From the NCBI GenBank assembly GCA_038214085.1, contig JBBQSF010000002.1, positions 1-52,540 on the forward strand: a stretch of 52,540 bases of DNA, in the 5' to 3' direction. The number at the start of each line of letters is the position of its first letter. The first letter of the stretch is position 1. Source of the stretch: Bacteroidales bacterium. GTDB taxonomy: Bacteria > Bacteroidota > Bacteroidia > Bacteroidales > CG2-30-32-10. A program made the position numbers and the translations under genes. The notes under the pieces are model-generated. The model ran no database searches. It saw nothing but the letters and a program-made list of their open reading frames with translations, and was not told the DNA's origin. This document shows positions 19,614-28,937 of the stretch, piece after piece.

Positions 19614-19907
19614 ATGAGAGTGACTGCTAAGAAACCTTTACGTGATTTTTGGAATACGCATAAAGATGCAGAACAACAGTTGAAGGCTTGGTATTCGGAA
19701 GCATCAAAGGCTTTGTGGAAATCTCCTAATGACATAAAGAAAGAGTATCCGAAAGCAATTATTATTGGCAATAACAGAGTAGTATTTAACATATGTGGCA
19801 ATAAATACCGGGTGATTGTTAAAATTAATTACTTAAGGGCGTGGGTATTTATTAGGTTTATAGGCACCCATATTGAATATGGTAAAATTAATTTAGAAAA
19901 AATATAG
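19614..19907 (+). CDS. higB: Type II toxin HigB (RelE-superfamily mRNA interferase)
   Basis: It is 97 aa. MRVTAKKPLRDFWNTHKDAEQQLKAWY...NRVVFNICGNKYRVIVKINY...IRFIGTHIEYGKI is the characteristic HigB-family pattern. The toxin-first gene order also fits HigBA. Confidence 0.85.
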   Translation: MRVTAKKPLRDFWNTHKDAEQQLKAWYSEASKALWKSPNDIKKEYPKAIIIGNNRVVFNICGNKYRVIVKINYLRAWVFIRFIGTHIEYGKINLEKI

Positions 19908-19910
19908 ATT

Positions 19911-20261
19911 ATGAAATTAAAAGTGATAAAAACAGAAGAAGATTATCAACGGGCTTTAAAGCATTTTGAAAAGCTTTTTGATGCTCCTGCGGATTCTTCC
20001 GAAGGTGAAGAAGCTGAAATATTATCTATTTTAATTGAGAAATATGAAGATAGCAATTTCCCAATCGAAGCACCAGACCCGATTGAAGCAATAAAATTTA
20101 GAATGGAGCAAAGTGATATGACAAGAACTGAACTTGCTAATATTATTGGATATAAAAGTAGGGTTTCAGAAATACTCAATTACAAGAGAAAGCTTACACT
20201 TACAATGATTAAAAGGTTACATACAAAATTAAACATTCCATACGAGGCATTAATCGCATAA
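19911..20261 (+). CDS. higA: HigA-type antitoxin (XRE-family HTH)
   Basis: It starts 3 nt after higB and is 116 aa. The C-terminal HTH reads MTRTELANIIGYKSRVSEILNYKRKLTLTMIKRL. Confidence 0.8.
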   Translation: MKLKVIKTEEDYQRALKHFEKLFDAPADSSEGEEAEILSILIEKYEDSNFPIEAPDPIEAIKFRMEQSDMTRTELANIIGYKSRVSEILNYKRKLTLTMIKRLHTKLNIPYEALIA

Positions 20262-20347
20262 AATTATACACTTGGATATTGCGATCATACTCTCGTGCCT
20301 GTTTTAATGCAGTGATGGCTATCGAGATGGTTTTCAGAAGTGCGGTA

Positions 20348-22516
20348 TTAGTTCACTTCGGCAAATACAAAATCCAATTGCTTTTTAGCCAGGTTGGCTT
20401 TTTTCACAGTAATCCTAACATTATCGCCAAGCTTGTAAATTTTGTTGTGCCTCTGCCCTATTACGCAATAATTTTCTTCATCCAAATAATAATAATCATC
20501 GTCCATATCGCGCAATGAAACCAAACCTTCGCATTTGTTTTCTTTTATTTCAACAAATATTCCCCACTTGCTCACACCGGAAATTACTGCATCAAAGTCC
20601 TTCCCTACCTTGTCCTGCATAAATTCCACCTGTTTGTATTTAACCGAGGCGCGTTCGGCTTCAGCAGCTTTCTTTTCCATTTCGGAAGAATGCTTACATA
20701 AATCTTCGTATACATCCTTACTTACCGAAGGTTTTGCGTTCAAATAATCAAATAATAATCTGTGCACCAATAAATCAGGATATCGGCGTATGGGTGAAGT
20801 GAAATGTGTATAATATTTAAAAGAAAGCCCATAATGACCAATATTGTTGGTGGAATAAATTGCTTTTGCCATGGTGCGTACAGCAAGCGATTCCACCATA
20901 TTTTGTTCGCCCTTTCCATTAACATCTTCAAGCAGTTTATTCAGCGAATCAATGGTACTTTTCCGTGATTGTATCTTAAGCTTATAACCAAGTTTTGCAA
21001 CAAATGCTGTAAATGTTGAAAGTTTTTCCGGATTGGGTTCATCGTGTATGCGGTAAACAAAAGTTTTAGGGTTTTTGTTCTGATCTCCGGGTTTGCCAAT
21101 CATTTCAGCCACTTTTCGGTTTGCCAGAAGCATAAAATCTTCAATTAATTTATTTGAATCTTTGTTTTCTTTGATATACACACCAAGCGGTTTGCCGTTT
21201 TCGTCGAGGCGGAATTTAACTTCGGTAGTTTCAAAAGCTATGGAACCATCCTTAAACCTAAGATTTCTTAGTATTACCGCCAGTTTGTTCAGGGTAAGAA
21301 TTTCTTTCGACAATTCTCCTTCCCCGTTTTCAATAATTTGTTGAACTTCTTCGTAATTGAAGCGTCGAGCAGAATTAATAATTGTTTTCCCGAACCATTG
21401 GTCCGAAATTTCGGCTTTTTCGTTCATCTCAAAAACTGCCGAAAAACATAATTTATCAGTATGTGGGGATAATGAGCACACGCCATTCGAAAGTCGCTCA
21501 GGAAGCATCGGAACCACCCTGTCAACGAGATATATTGATGTGCCACGGTCGTAAGCTTCTTTATCAAGCGGCGATCCTTCCTTTACGTAATAACTCACAT
21601 CAGCAATATGAACACCCACTTCAATTTTACCATTGGGCAACCATTGAATAGAGAGGGCATCGTCGAAATCTTTAGCATCCTCAGGGTCTACGGTAAAAGT
21701 TGTTATTTTACGAAAATCCCTTCGGTTTTTAATTTCCGAAGCCGGAACTTCGGCAGGAATGCGCTCAGCGTCGGCTTCCACGTTTTTGGGGAAGGATAGC
21801 GGGAAATCAAATTCGGCTAAAATGGAATTCATTTCCACATTATTATCGCCGGGACGGCCAAGCACATCAGTGATTTTACCAAACGGATTCTTTGAATTTT
21901 CAGGCCAGTCAATTATTTCAGCAATGGCTTTTTCGCCATCTTTCGCTTTTTTAATGTTTTCGAGCGGAATAAAAATATCCACAGGCATTGAGCCAGTATC
22001 AGGAATAAGGAAAGCGAATTTCGGATAAACCTTTACAATGCCGACAAATTTTGTTTTGGCACGCTCAACTATTTCAATAATTTCACCTTCGGTACGACGA
22101 CTTTTGCGTTTAGGAAAAATAAAAACTTTCACAATATCGCCATTCAGCGCACGGTTGGTGTTGTTGGGAGCAATTTCAACATCTTCGGCAAGCTCATCGC
22201 TTATAATATAGGCTTTACCGGAATTTTTCATATCCACTTTACCCGTGATATAAGATTTCTGCGTACTGTGGAATTTTACCATTGCAGGATTGATGCGAAA
22301 TTTGCCGCGTTTTTCTTCAAAAATTGCTGAACTTTTCACCAGATCTTCCAGCATAATATTCATCAGTTGCCTGTTGGAACGGTCGTTGATATTGAGTTGT
22401 GCAGCCACCTGTTTATAGTTGAACGATTGTTGCGGATTGTTTGCAAATACGCGCAAAACATCGTTAAGTAAGTTATTTGGGCTGCCGTTTGATTGTTTTC
22501 TATTAAGCTTTGACAT
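20348..22516 (-). CDS. rnr: Ribonuclease R
   Basis: It is 722 aa with cold-shock/OB N-terminal domains and an RNB catalytic domain (TVDPEDAKDFDDALS, HYGLSFKYYTHFTSPIRRYPDLLVHR). A C-terminal S1 domain follows (GVSKWGIFVEI). Confidence 0.93.
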   Translation of the reverse strand: MSKLNRKQSNGSPNNLLNDVLRVFANNPQQSFNYKQVAAQLNINDRSNRQLMNIMLEDLVKSSAIFEEKRGKFRINPAMVKFHSTQKSYITGKVDMKNSGKAYIISDELAEDVEIAPNNTNRALNGDIVKVFIFPKRKSRRTEGEIIEIVERAKTKFVGIVKVYPKFAFLIPDTGSMPVDIFIPLENIKKAKDGEKAIAEIIDWPENSKNPFGKITDVLGRPGDNNVEMNSILAEFDFPLSFPKNVEADAERIPAEVPASEIKNRRDFRKITTFTVDPEDAKDFDDALSIQWLPNGKIEVGVHIADVSYYVKEGSPLDKEAYDRGTSIYLVDRVVPMLPERLSNGVCSLSPHTDKLCFSAVFEMNEKAEISDQWFGKTIINSARRFNYEEVQQIIENGEGELSKEILTLNKLAVILRNLRFKDGSIAFETTEVKFRLDENGKPLGVYIKENKDSNKLIEDFMLLANRKVAEMIGKPGDQNKNPKTFVYRIHDEPNPEKLSTFTAFVAKLGYKLKIQSRKSTIDSLNKLLEDVNGKGEQNMVESLAVRTMAKAIYSTNNIGHYGLSFKYYTHFTSPIRRYPDLLVHRLLFDYLNAKPSVSKDVYEDLCKHSSEMEKKAAEAERASVKYKQVEFMQDKVGKDFDAVISGVSKWGIFVEIKENKCEGLVSLRDMDDDYYYLDEENYCVIGQRHNKIYKLGDNVRITVKKANLAKKQLDFVFAEVN

Positions 22517-22625
22517 GTTCTTGTTTTTTGTAAAAGTACGGTTTTAAAATAATCTATGTTTATTGTGTTTAATTTTAGGAATCCCAGAATATCTAAAAAT
22601 GGCCAAAATGCATGTATAAATTCCT

Positions 22626-22633
22626 TACCTTTG
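22626..22633 (+). promoter_or_regulatory. Bacteroidota -7 promoter box (TACCTTTG)
   Basis: It matches TAnnTTTG and lies 68 nt upstream of the ATG at 22702. Confidence 0.4.
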
Positions 22634-22701
22634 TAAGTTAATATTAAATAAAGAAAATACTAAAATCAACAAAAAATCGTTTTTAGAATTCAATAAAATA
22701 A

Positions 22702-25700
22702 ATGGATACAAATTATTCCATACTGATTACAAAACTCAACGAATTTATCAGGAAATACTATAAAAACCTGTTGATTCGAGGGGCTATTTATTGCTTTACT
22801 TCGTTGCTGGCTTTTTACCTTGTGTTGGTATTGTTTGAGTATGCTGGAAATTTTAATACCCTTGTCCGTACAGTTTTGTTTTATTTATATTTTACACTGA
22901 ATGCCTTTTTGCTCTATAGATATTTTGTAATTCCGCTTTCAAAACTTTACAAAATAGGAGAGACGCTAACCCACGAACAGGCAGCAAAAATAATTGGTAA
23001 ACATTTCGCCGATGTAAAAGATCGTTTATTAAATACATTGCAGTTAAAAACAGAATACGATGCCGATCCTGCCAATTCTGAACTTATAAAAGCAGGAATT
23101 GACCAAAAAATAGAAAAACTGCGCCCAGTACCTTTTGCTTCAGCAATTGACTTAAGGCAGAATAGAAAATATGTTAAATATGCTGCAATTCCTCTAGCAA
23201 TTCTTATCCTTGCTTTATTCGCTGCGCCAAGCCTTATAACCGGGCCAACACAACGACTCATACACCATTCAAGGTTCTATGAAAAAGAAGCACCTTTTAA
23301 GTTTGAAATTCAGAACAAAAGTCTCGATGCAATTCAGCAGGAAGATTATACGCTAAATGTAAAAATAACAGGCGATGAAGTTCCTGAAAATGTATTTATC
23401 GAAATTGACGGCAACCAGTATGCAATGGAAAAAGACAATACGGTAAACTATCATTATGTTTTTAAAAATCCTCAGAAAAATACCAACTTCCAGTTTACTT
23501 CCGAAAATGTGTTTTCATCAGAGTACACGCTTAAAGTGCTTCCCAAACCTATTATTTTAAATTTTGATGTAAGCCTTAATTATCCAGCCTATATAGGCAA
23601 AACAGATGAAACACTTTTAAATTCTGGCGACCTCGTAATCCCGGAAGGAACTCAGGTTAAATGGAAATTTTTAACTCGAGATACCCGCGATATACTTATG
23701 CGTTTCAAAAGCAAATCTTTTAAACTTTCCGAAAACGGAAAATACTTTACTTTTTCTTCTGCATTTGCCGAAAATCAAGCTTATTCAATAATTACATCCA
23801 ATCAGTATTTTACTGGGAAAGATTCCTTGTTATACACCATAAGTGTTATTCCTGATGCATATCCTGTAATCAAAGCTATTGAATTTAAGGATTCAGTTTA
23901 TGAAAACAATTGCTATTACAAAGGCATGATTAAAGATGATTACGGTTTTAAACTTCTGACATTTAATTACCGGAAAATTAACGCAAAAGATACGCTGAAT
24001 GCAAAAGCAGAATATGTTAAAACCCCTGTAAATATTACCAATTCGCTAACCCAACAGGAATTTTATTATTACTTTGATTTTAAAACATTGCTTGCAAAAC
24101 CCGGCGACGAATACGAGTACTTTTTCGAAGTGTGGGATAACGATGGGGTAAATGGAAGTAAGTCAACTCGTTCTACCAAAATGATTTACAAACTCTCTAC
24201 GCTTGATGAGCTGGAGAAAAAAACTGAAGAAACCAACAAGCAAATCAAGTCGGATCTAACACAATCCATAAGCGAAGCAAAAAAACTTCAGAAAGAAATA
24301 GAAGAGCTTAACAAAAAGTTCATGGATAAGAAGACACTTACCTGGCAGGAAAAAAAGCAGGTACAGGATCTGATTGACAAACAGCTTTTGCTCCAGGAAA
24401 AAATGGAAAGCATTCAAAAGGATAACTTTGAAAAAACCCTCAAAGAGCAGCAATATCAGACAGAAAATGAAGAATTGCTTAAAAAGCAGGAGGAATTGCA
24501 AAAACTTTTTGATCAATTGCCCGAAGACATCAAGGATTTGTTAAAAGAAATGCAGGAAATGCTCGACAAGCTTGATAAAAACAAGGTAAGCGAAATGCTT
24601 GATAAAATGAAACTGAGCAATAAAGACCTTGAAAAAGAACTCGACAGAAACCTGCAACTATTCAAGCAATTGGAATTTGAAAAGAAATTGAACGAAACCA
24701 TTGAAAAGCTTGATAAACTTGCCGAAAAGCAGTCAGATCTTTCTAAGGAAACAGAAAACGCAAAACAGGAAAACAACCCTGAACTAAAAGAAAAACAGGA
24801 CACATTAAACAAGGAATTTGAGCAATTGAAGGAAGATATTAAGGAGATGGAAAAGAAGAACAGCGAACTCGAAGACCCCAATAAACTTCCAGATACACAG
24901 GAAAAACAGAAAAGTATTGAGGAAGAGATGAAGAGTAGTTCGAGCAATTTGGGCGGAAATAAAAATAAAAAGGCTTCGCAGTCGCAGAAAAACGCCTCTG
25001 ATCAGATGAAAGAATTGTCGAAAAAGCTTGAAGAGTCGCAGCAAGAAATGGATGAAGAAAACACCGGGGAGGATATCAATACTTTGCGCGGAATATTAGA
25101 GAATCTTGTTAAAGCATCCTTTTCGCAAGAAGATTTAATGGGGCAGGCAGCTAAAACAAAAACTTCCGATCCAAAATTTACAGATATTATTAAAGATCAA
25201 AAAAAGTTGCAAGACAATCTCAAAGTGATTGAGGATTCTTTATTTGCATTGAGCAAGCGTCAGGCTTCCATTGAATCATTTGTGAACAAGGAAATTGCCT
25301 CCATTAACGACAATGTCGACAAAGCTCTGGAAGCGCTTGCTTGGCGAAACACAGGCATATCTTCAGTTAAACAGCAACTTGCAATGACTTCTATTAATAA
25401 TCTTGCTTTATTATTGTCTGAAACCTTAACTCAGATGCAGCAGCAACAGGCGCAACAGAAATCAGGAAGCTGTAAAAAGCCCGGAAGTTGCAGCAAGCCT
25501 GGAAGCGGAAGCCAGTCGCTCAAATCTATCAAGCAAATGCAGGAAGCATTAAACAAACAGATTCAGGATTTAAAGGACGGGAAAAGCCCAGGCAAGGATG
25601 GAAAGCAATCAATGAGTGAATCGCTTGCAAAATTGGCTGCGCAGCAAGAAGCCATTCGTAAACAGTTGCAGGATCTGATCAATTCCATGAAAAAGGAAGG

Positions 25701-26037
25701 CAGTACCAACACCGGTGAATTAAATAAGCTGATGGATAAAATGGAAAAATCCGAAACTGATCTGGTGAATAAAATCTTGAATAATGAACTGTTAAAGCGT
25801 CAGGAAGAAATTTTAACCAGACTTTTAGAATCAGAAAAAGCCGAGAAGGAAAGGGAGCAGGATGAAAAAAGAGAGTCGAATGAATCAAAAAATCAAAAAA
25901 TAAGTAACCCTGCCGACTTTTTTAAGTATAATAGGTTAAAGTTAAAAGAAGTTGAATTGTTAAAAACCGTTCCCCCTTCGTTAAAACCTTTTTATAAGAA
26001 CAAAGTGAATGAATATTTTTATAATTTTGAGGAGTGA
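22702..26037 (+). CDS. Large membrane-anchored coiled-coil protein (DUF4175-like)
   Basis: It is 1111 aa. Three N-terminal TM segments are followed by a ~300-aa beta-rich region and then a ~600-aa extremely E/K/Q-rich predicted coiled coil. An SGSCKKPGSCSKPGSGS insert is also present. The family name rests on recollection of conserved Bacteroidota proteins of this layout and was not verified. Confidence 0.55.
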   Translation: MDTNYSILITKLNEFIRKYYKNLLIRGAIYCFTSLLAFYLVLVLFEYAGNFNTLVRTVLFYLYFTLNAFLLYRYFVIPLSKLYKIGETLTHEQAAKIIGKHFADVKDRLLNTLQLKTEYDADPANSELIKAGIDQKIEKLRPVPFASAIDLRQNRKYVKYAAIPLAILILALFAAPSLITGPTQRLIHHSRFYEKEAPFKFEIQNKSLDAIQQEDYTLNVKITGDEVPENVFIEIDGNQYAMEKDNTVNYHYVFKNPQKNTNFQFTSENVFSSEYTLKVLPKPIILNFDVSLNYPAYIGKTDETLLNSGDLVIPEGTQVKWKFLTRDTRDILMRFKSKSFKLSENGKYFTFSSAFAENQAYSIITSNQYFTGKDSLLYTISVIPDAYPVIKAIEFKDSVYENNCYYKGMIKDDYGFKLLTFNYRKINAKDTLNAKAEYVKTPVNITNSLTQQEFYYYFDFKTLLAKPGDEYEYFFEVWDNDGVNGSKSTRSTKMIYKLSTLDELEKKTEETNKQIKSDLTQSISEAKKLQKEIEELNKKFMDKKTLTWQEKKQVQDLIDKQLLLQEKMESIQKDNFEKTLKEQQYQTENEELLKKQEELQKLFDQLPEDIKDLLKEMQEMLDKLDKNKVSEMLDKMKLSNKDLEKELDRNLQLFKQLEFEKKLNETIEKLDKLAEKQSDLSKETENAKQENNPELKEKQDTLNKEFEQLKEDIKEMEKKNSELEDPNKLPDTQEKQKSIEEEMKSSSSNLGGNKNKKASQSQKNASDQMKELSKKLEESQQEMDEENTGEDINTLRGILENLVKASFSQEDLMGQAAKTKTSDPKFTDIIKDQKKLQDNLKVIEDSLFALSKRQASIESFVNKEIASINDNVDKALEALAWRNTGISSVKQQLAMTSINNLALLLSETLTQMQQQQAQQKSGSCKKPGSCSKPGSGSQSLKSIKQMQEALNKQIQDLKDGKSPGKDGKQSMSESLAKLAAQQEAIRKQLQDLINSMKKEGSTNTGELNKLMDKMEKSETDLVNKILNNELLKRQEEILTRLLESEKAEKEREQDEKRESNESKNQKISNPADFFKYNRLKLKEVELLKTVPPSLKPFYKNKVNEYFYNFEE

Positions 26038-26540
26038 AGATTGATATGTTACCAGAAAAACTACAAATAAAATTCGCTTCTCTGCCCGAAAACATCCATC
26101 AGGTAGAGCAGTTTGTTGAGAATATATGTGACCAGTACAATATAAACAACACTTATTTCGGCAATATTCTTATTGCCTTAACCGAAGCGGTTGACAACGC
26201 AATTATTCACGGCAATAAAAAAGATACATCAAAGTACGTAACTATTGGTTTTGAGTCGAAACCTGAAGGACTGGTTTTTTCTGTTTCTGATCAAGGCAGC
26301 GGATTTGATCCTGCTTCTGTTCCAGATCCTACGGATTTGAAATATGATGAGAAGAGTACCTCCGGCCGGGGCATGTTTTTAATACAACATCTTGCCGATA
26401 AATTTGAATATAAAAAAAATGGCACAATTGCTGAAATTGTTTTTAAAATTTCAAGCATCAACAACGAGCTTGCATGTGAGCGAATCAAACAGTTAAAACA
26501 ATATTCACAGCAAAATCAAGTTAAAGAAAGCCGTAAATAA
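26034..26540 (+). CDS. Small GHKL ATPase / anti-sigma-factor-type Ser kinase (RsbW/SpoIIAB-like)
   Basis: The N-box is EAVDNAIIHGN, and the G-boxes are DQGSGFD and GRGMFLIQ. The GTG at 26034 overlaps the upstream stop (GTGA). An alternative ATG lies at 26046. Confidence 0.7.
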   Translation: MKIDMLPEKLQIKFASLPENIHQVEQFVENICDQYNINNTYFGNILIALTEAVDNAIIHGNKKDTSKYVTIGFESKPEGLVFSVSDQGSGFDPASVPDPTDLKYDEKSTSGRGMFLIQHLADKFEYKKNGTIAEIVFKISSINNELACERIKQLKQYSQQNQVKESRK

Positions 26541-26560
26541 GACTATAGAGCTATTTATTT

Positions 26561-27010
26561 ATGGCTAATCTACGTTCCAAGGGAATCATATCTTTTACAG
26601 TCATTCACAATGATTTTAAGCTAAAAAAACGCACAATACTTAAAGAGTGTATAACCAGTTTTATACACTCATCTGGCTTTGCTTTGCAGACCATAAGTTT
26701 TGTTTTTTGCAATGATGAGTATCTTGCGCAAATAAATAAAAAATATCTTAATCACAATACGTTCACAGATATTGTTACCTTTGATTATAAAGAAAATAAG
26801 GAAACACTAAGCGGTGATATAATTATTAGTATAGATCGTGTGATAGAAAATGCGAAGAAGTTTAAAGTTTCCTTTAATAATGAGCTATACAGAGTAATTT
26901 CACACGGAATACTCCATTTGATGGGCAATTCCGATCATTCAAAGAGTGAAAGAGTTGATATGAGGGCAAAAGAGGATGATGCATTGAAATTTTACGATAA
27001 ATTAACGTGA
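26561..27010 (+). CDS. ybeY: rRNA maturation endoribonuclease YbeY
   Basis: It is 149 aa with the zinc motif HGILHLMGNSDH (H-x3-H-x5-H). Confidence 0.88.
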   Translation: MANLRSKGIISFTVIHNDFKLKKRTILKECITSFIHSSGFALQTISFVFCNDEYLAQINKKYLNHNTFTDIVTFDYKENKETLSGDIIISIDRVIENAKKFKVSFNNELYRVISHGILHLMGNSDHSKSERVDMRAKEDDALKFYDKLT

Positions 27011-27025
27011 TGTTTCACGTGAAAC
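27011..27025. repeat. TGTTTCACGTGAAAC motif (contains the 14-bp perfect palindrome GTTTCACGTGAAAC), copy 1
   Basis: It begins at the first base after the ybeY stop codon and is identical to the copy at 28913-28927. Confidence 0.8.
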
Positions 27026-27034
27026 AATAATACG

Positions 27035-28912
27035 ATGCTGGGCGAATATGACATTATAGTAGTTGGTGCCGGTCATGCAGGTTGCGAAGCAGCTTTGGCA
27101 GGAGCAAACCTTGGGTCAAAGGTTTTGCTGGTTACCATGAATATGATGTCAATTGCGCAAATGTCGTGTAACCCAGCTATGGGTGGCGTGGCAAAAGGAC
27201 AAATTGTTCGTGAAATTGATGCGCTTGGAGGCTATTCAGGAATTGTAACCGATAAAACCATGATACAGTTCCGTATGCTTAACCGGTCAAAAGGACCAGC
27301 AATGTGGAGCCCCAGAGCACAAAGTGACAGAATGTTGTTTGCTTTAGAATGGCGTAAAAAACTAGAGAATACACCAAATCTTTATTTATGGCAGGATACT
27401 GTTGTTGAAATTCTCGAAAATGACGGCAAAGTTACCGGTGTAAAAACAATTTTGGGAATAGAAATAAAAACAAAAGCCGTTATCCTAACCAATGGAACTT
27501 TTTTAAATGGCATCATTCATATTGGTGAAAAGAATTTTGCCGGTGGCCGATATAGCGAACCATCTTCGGTGGGATTAACAGAAAGTTTAATTAAACTTGG
27601 TTTTGAAAGTAAAAGAATGAAAACTGGAACTCCTGTACGGGTGGATGGCAGAAGCATAAATTTCGCCAAACTTGAAGAGCAGAGTGGCGATGAAAACCCA
27701 CAGAAATTTTCCTTTACCGATACACCAAAACTATCAAAACAACGCAGTTGTTATCTGGCGTACACCAATCAAAAAGTTCACGACGTTTTAAAAACAGGAT
27801 TCGAAAAATCACCCTTATTTGTGGGGAGAATAAAAGGAGTTGGTCCAAGATATTGCCCCTCAATTGAAGATAAAATTGAACGCTTTTCGGATAAAACCAG
27901 ACATCAGTTGTTTGTAGAACCTGAAGGGTGGGAAACACAAGAATATTACATCAATGGCTTTTCGTCTTCCTTGCCCGAAGATGTTCAATTAAGTGCATTA
28001 AAGGAAATCAGCGGATTTGAAAATGTAAGGATCTACCGCCCAGGTTATGCCATTGAATATGATTATTTCCCTCCAACCCAATTAAGATTTTCTCTCGAAA
28101 CAAAACGTATAAAGAATTTATTCTTTGCTGGACAAATTAACGGAACTACAGGATACGAAGAAGCAGCAGCTCAAGGTTTGATTGCAGGTATTAATGCACA
28201 CAGAAAAAATAACGAACTTCCCGAATTGATACTGAAGCGTTACGAGGCTTATATTGGAGTTTTGATCGACGACCTTATAACTAAAGGTACTGAGGAGCCT
28301 TACCGTATGTTTACTTCGAGAGCCGAATATCGTATTTTACTCAGGCAGGACAATGCCGATATCAGGCTTACACCTATTGGATATGAGCTGGGCCTGATAG
28401 GCAAAGAGCGTTTTGAAAAACTTGAAAAGAAAAAGGAAGATATAATTGCTCTGATGGATTTTTTGAAGGATCAGAGTATCATACCCGAATTGATAAATGA
28501 TTTATTATTGCAACAAGAAACTGCAACAATTTCACAAAAAGAAAAACTTCAAAAATTATTACTTCGACCACAGATATCTCTGCGAAATCTTTTAACTGTT
28601 TCCGAACCTCTACAGCATTTCATTATCGAATTATCTGATGAGAATGTTAAAGATGAAATAATAGAAGAAGCTGAAATTCTTATTAAATACGAAGGTTATA
28701 TTTTTCGTGAAAAAGAATTGGCTGATAAAATTAAACGACTTGAAGAAATAGAGTTGGCGGAAAATTTCGATTACTATAATCTCAAATCTCTTTCGAGTGA
28801 AGCGAGAGAAAAATTAAGCCGAGTCAAACCAGGTACTATTGGTCAGGCATCGCGCATCAGCGGTGTTTCTCCATCTGATATTTCGGTATTGCTGGTTTAT
28901 ATTGGAAGGTAG
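27035..28912 (+). CDS. mnmG: tRNA uridine-5-carboxymethylaminomethyl synthesis enzyme MnmG (GidA)
   Basis: It is 625 aa with an FAD-binding N-terminus (DIIVVGAGHAGCEAALA). It is recognisable as GidA/MnmG over its full length (GPRYCPSIEDKI, GQINGTTGYEEAAAQG). Confidence 0.95.
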   Translation: MLGEYDIIVVGAGHAGCEAALAGANLGSKVLLVTMNMMSIAQMSCNPAMGGVAKGQIVREIDALGGYSGIVTDKTMIQFRMLNRSKGPAMWSPRAQSDRMLFALEWRKKLENTPNLYLWQDTVVEILENDGKVTGVKTILGIEIKTKAVILTNGTFLNGIIHIGEKNFAGGRYSEPSSVGLTESLIKLGFESKRMKTGTPVRVDGRSINFAKLEEQSGDENPQKFSFTDTPKLSKQRSCYLAYTNQKVHDVLKTGFEKSPLFVGRIKGVGPRYCPSIEDKIERFSDKTRHQLFVEPEGWETQEYYINGFSSSLPEDVQLSALKEISGFENVRIYRPGYAIEYDYFPPTQLRFSLETKRIKNLFFAGQINGTTGYEEAAAQGLIAGINAHRKNNELPELILKRYEAYIGVLIDDLITKGTEEPYRMFTSRAEYRILLRQDNADIRLTPIGYELGLIGKERFEKLEKKKEDIIALMDFLKDQSIIPELINDLLLQQETATISQKEKLQKLLLRPQISLRNLLTVSEPLQHFIIELSDENVKDEIIEEAEILIKYEGYIFREKELADKIKRLEEIELAENFDYYNLKSLSSEAREKLSRVKPGTIGQASRISGVSPSDISVLLVYIGR

Positions 28913-28927
28913 TGTTTCACGTGAAAC
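28913..28927. repeat. TGTTTCACGTGAAAC motif, copy 2
   Basis: It begins at the first base after the mnmG stop codon and is identical to the copy at 27011-27025. Confidence 0.8.
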
Positions 28928-28937
28928 GTAAAAAAAT

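Noticed and set aside
20279-20518. A 79-aa plus-strand ORF downstream of higA.
   Set aside because: Most of it is antisense to the S1-domain end of rnr. It has no motifs, and its start lies in the short convergent gap.
24513-24947. A 144-aa Ser/Leu/Phe-rich minus-strand ORF, plus neighbouring antisense ORFs at 24256..24516 and 24805..25044.
   Set aside because: They lie entirely inside the E/K/Q-rich coiled-coil segment of the 1111-aa gene. GAA/AAG-rich sense codons give stop-free TTC/CTT antisense frames. The composition is a mirror artefact.
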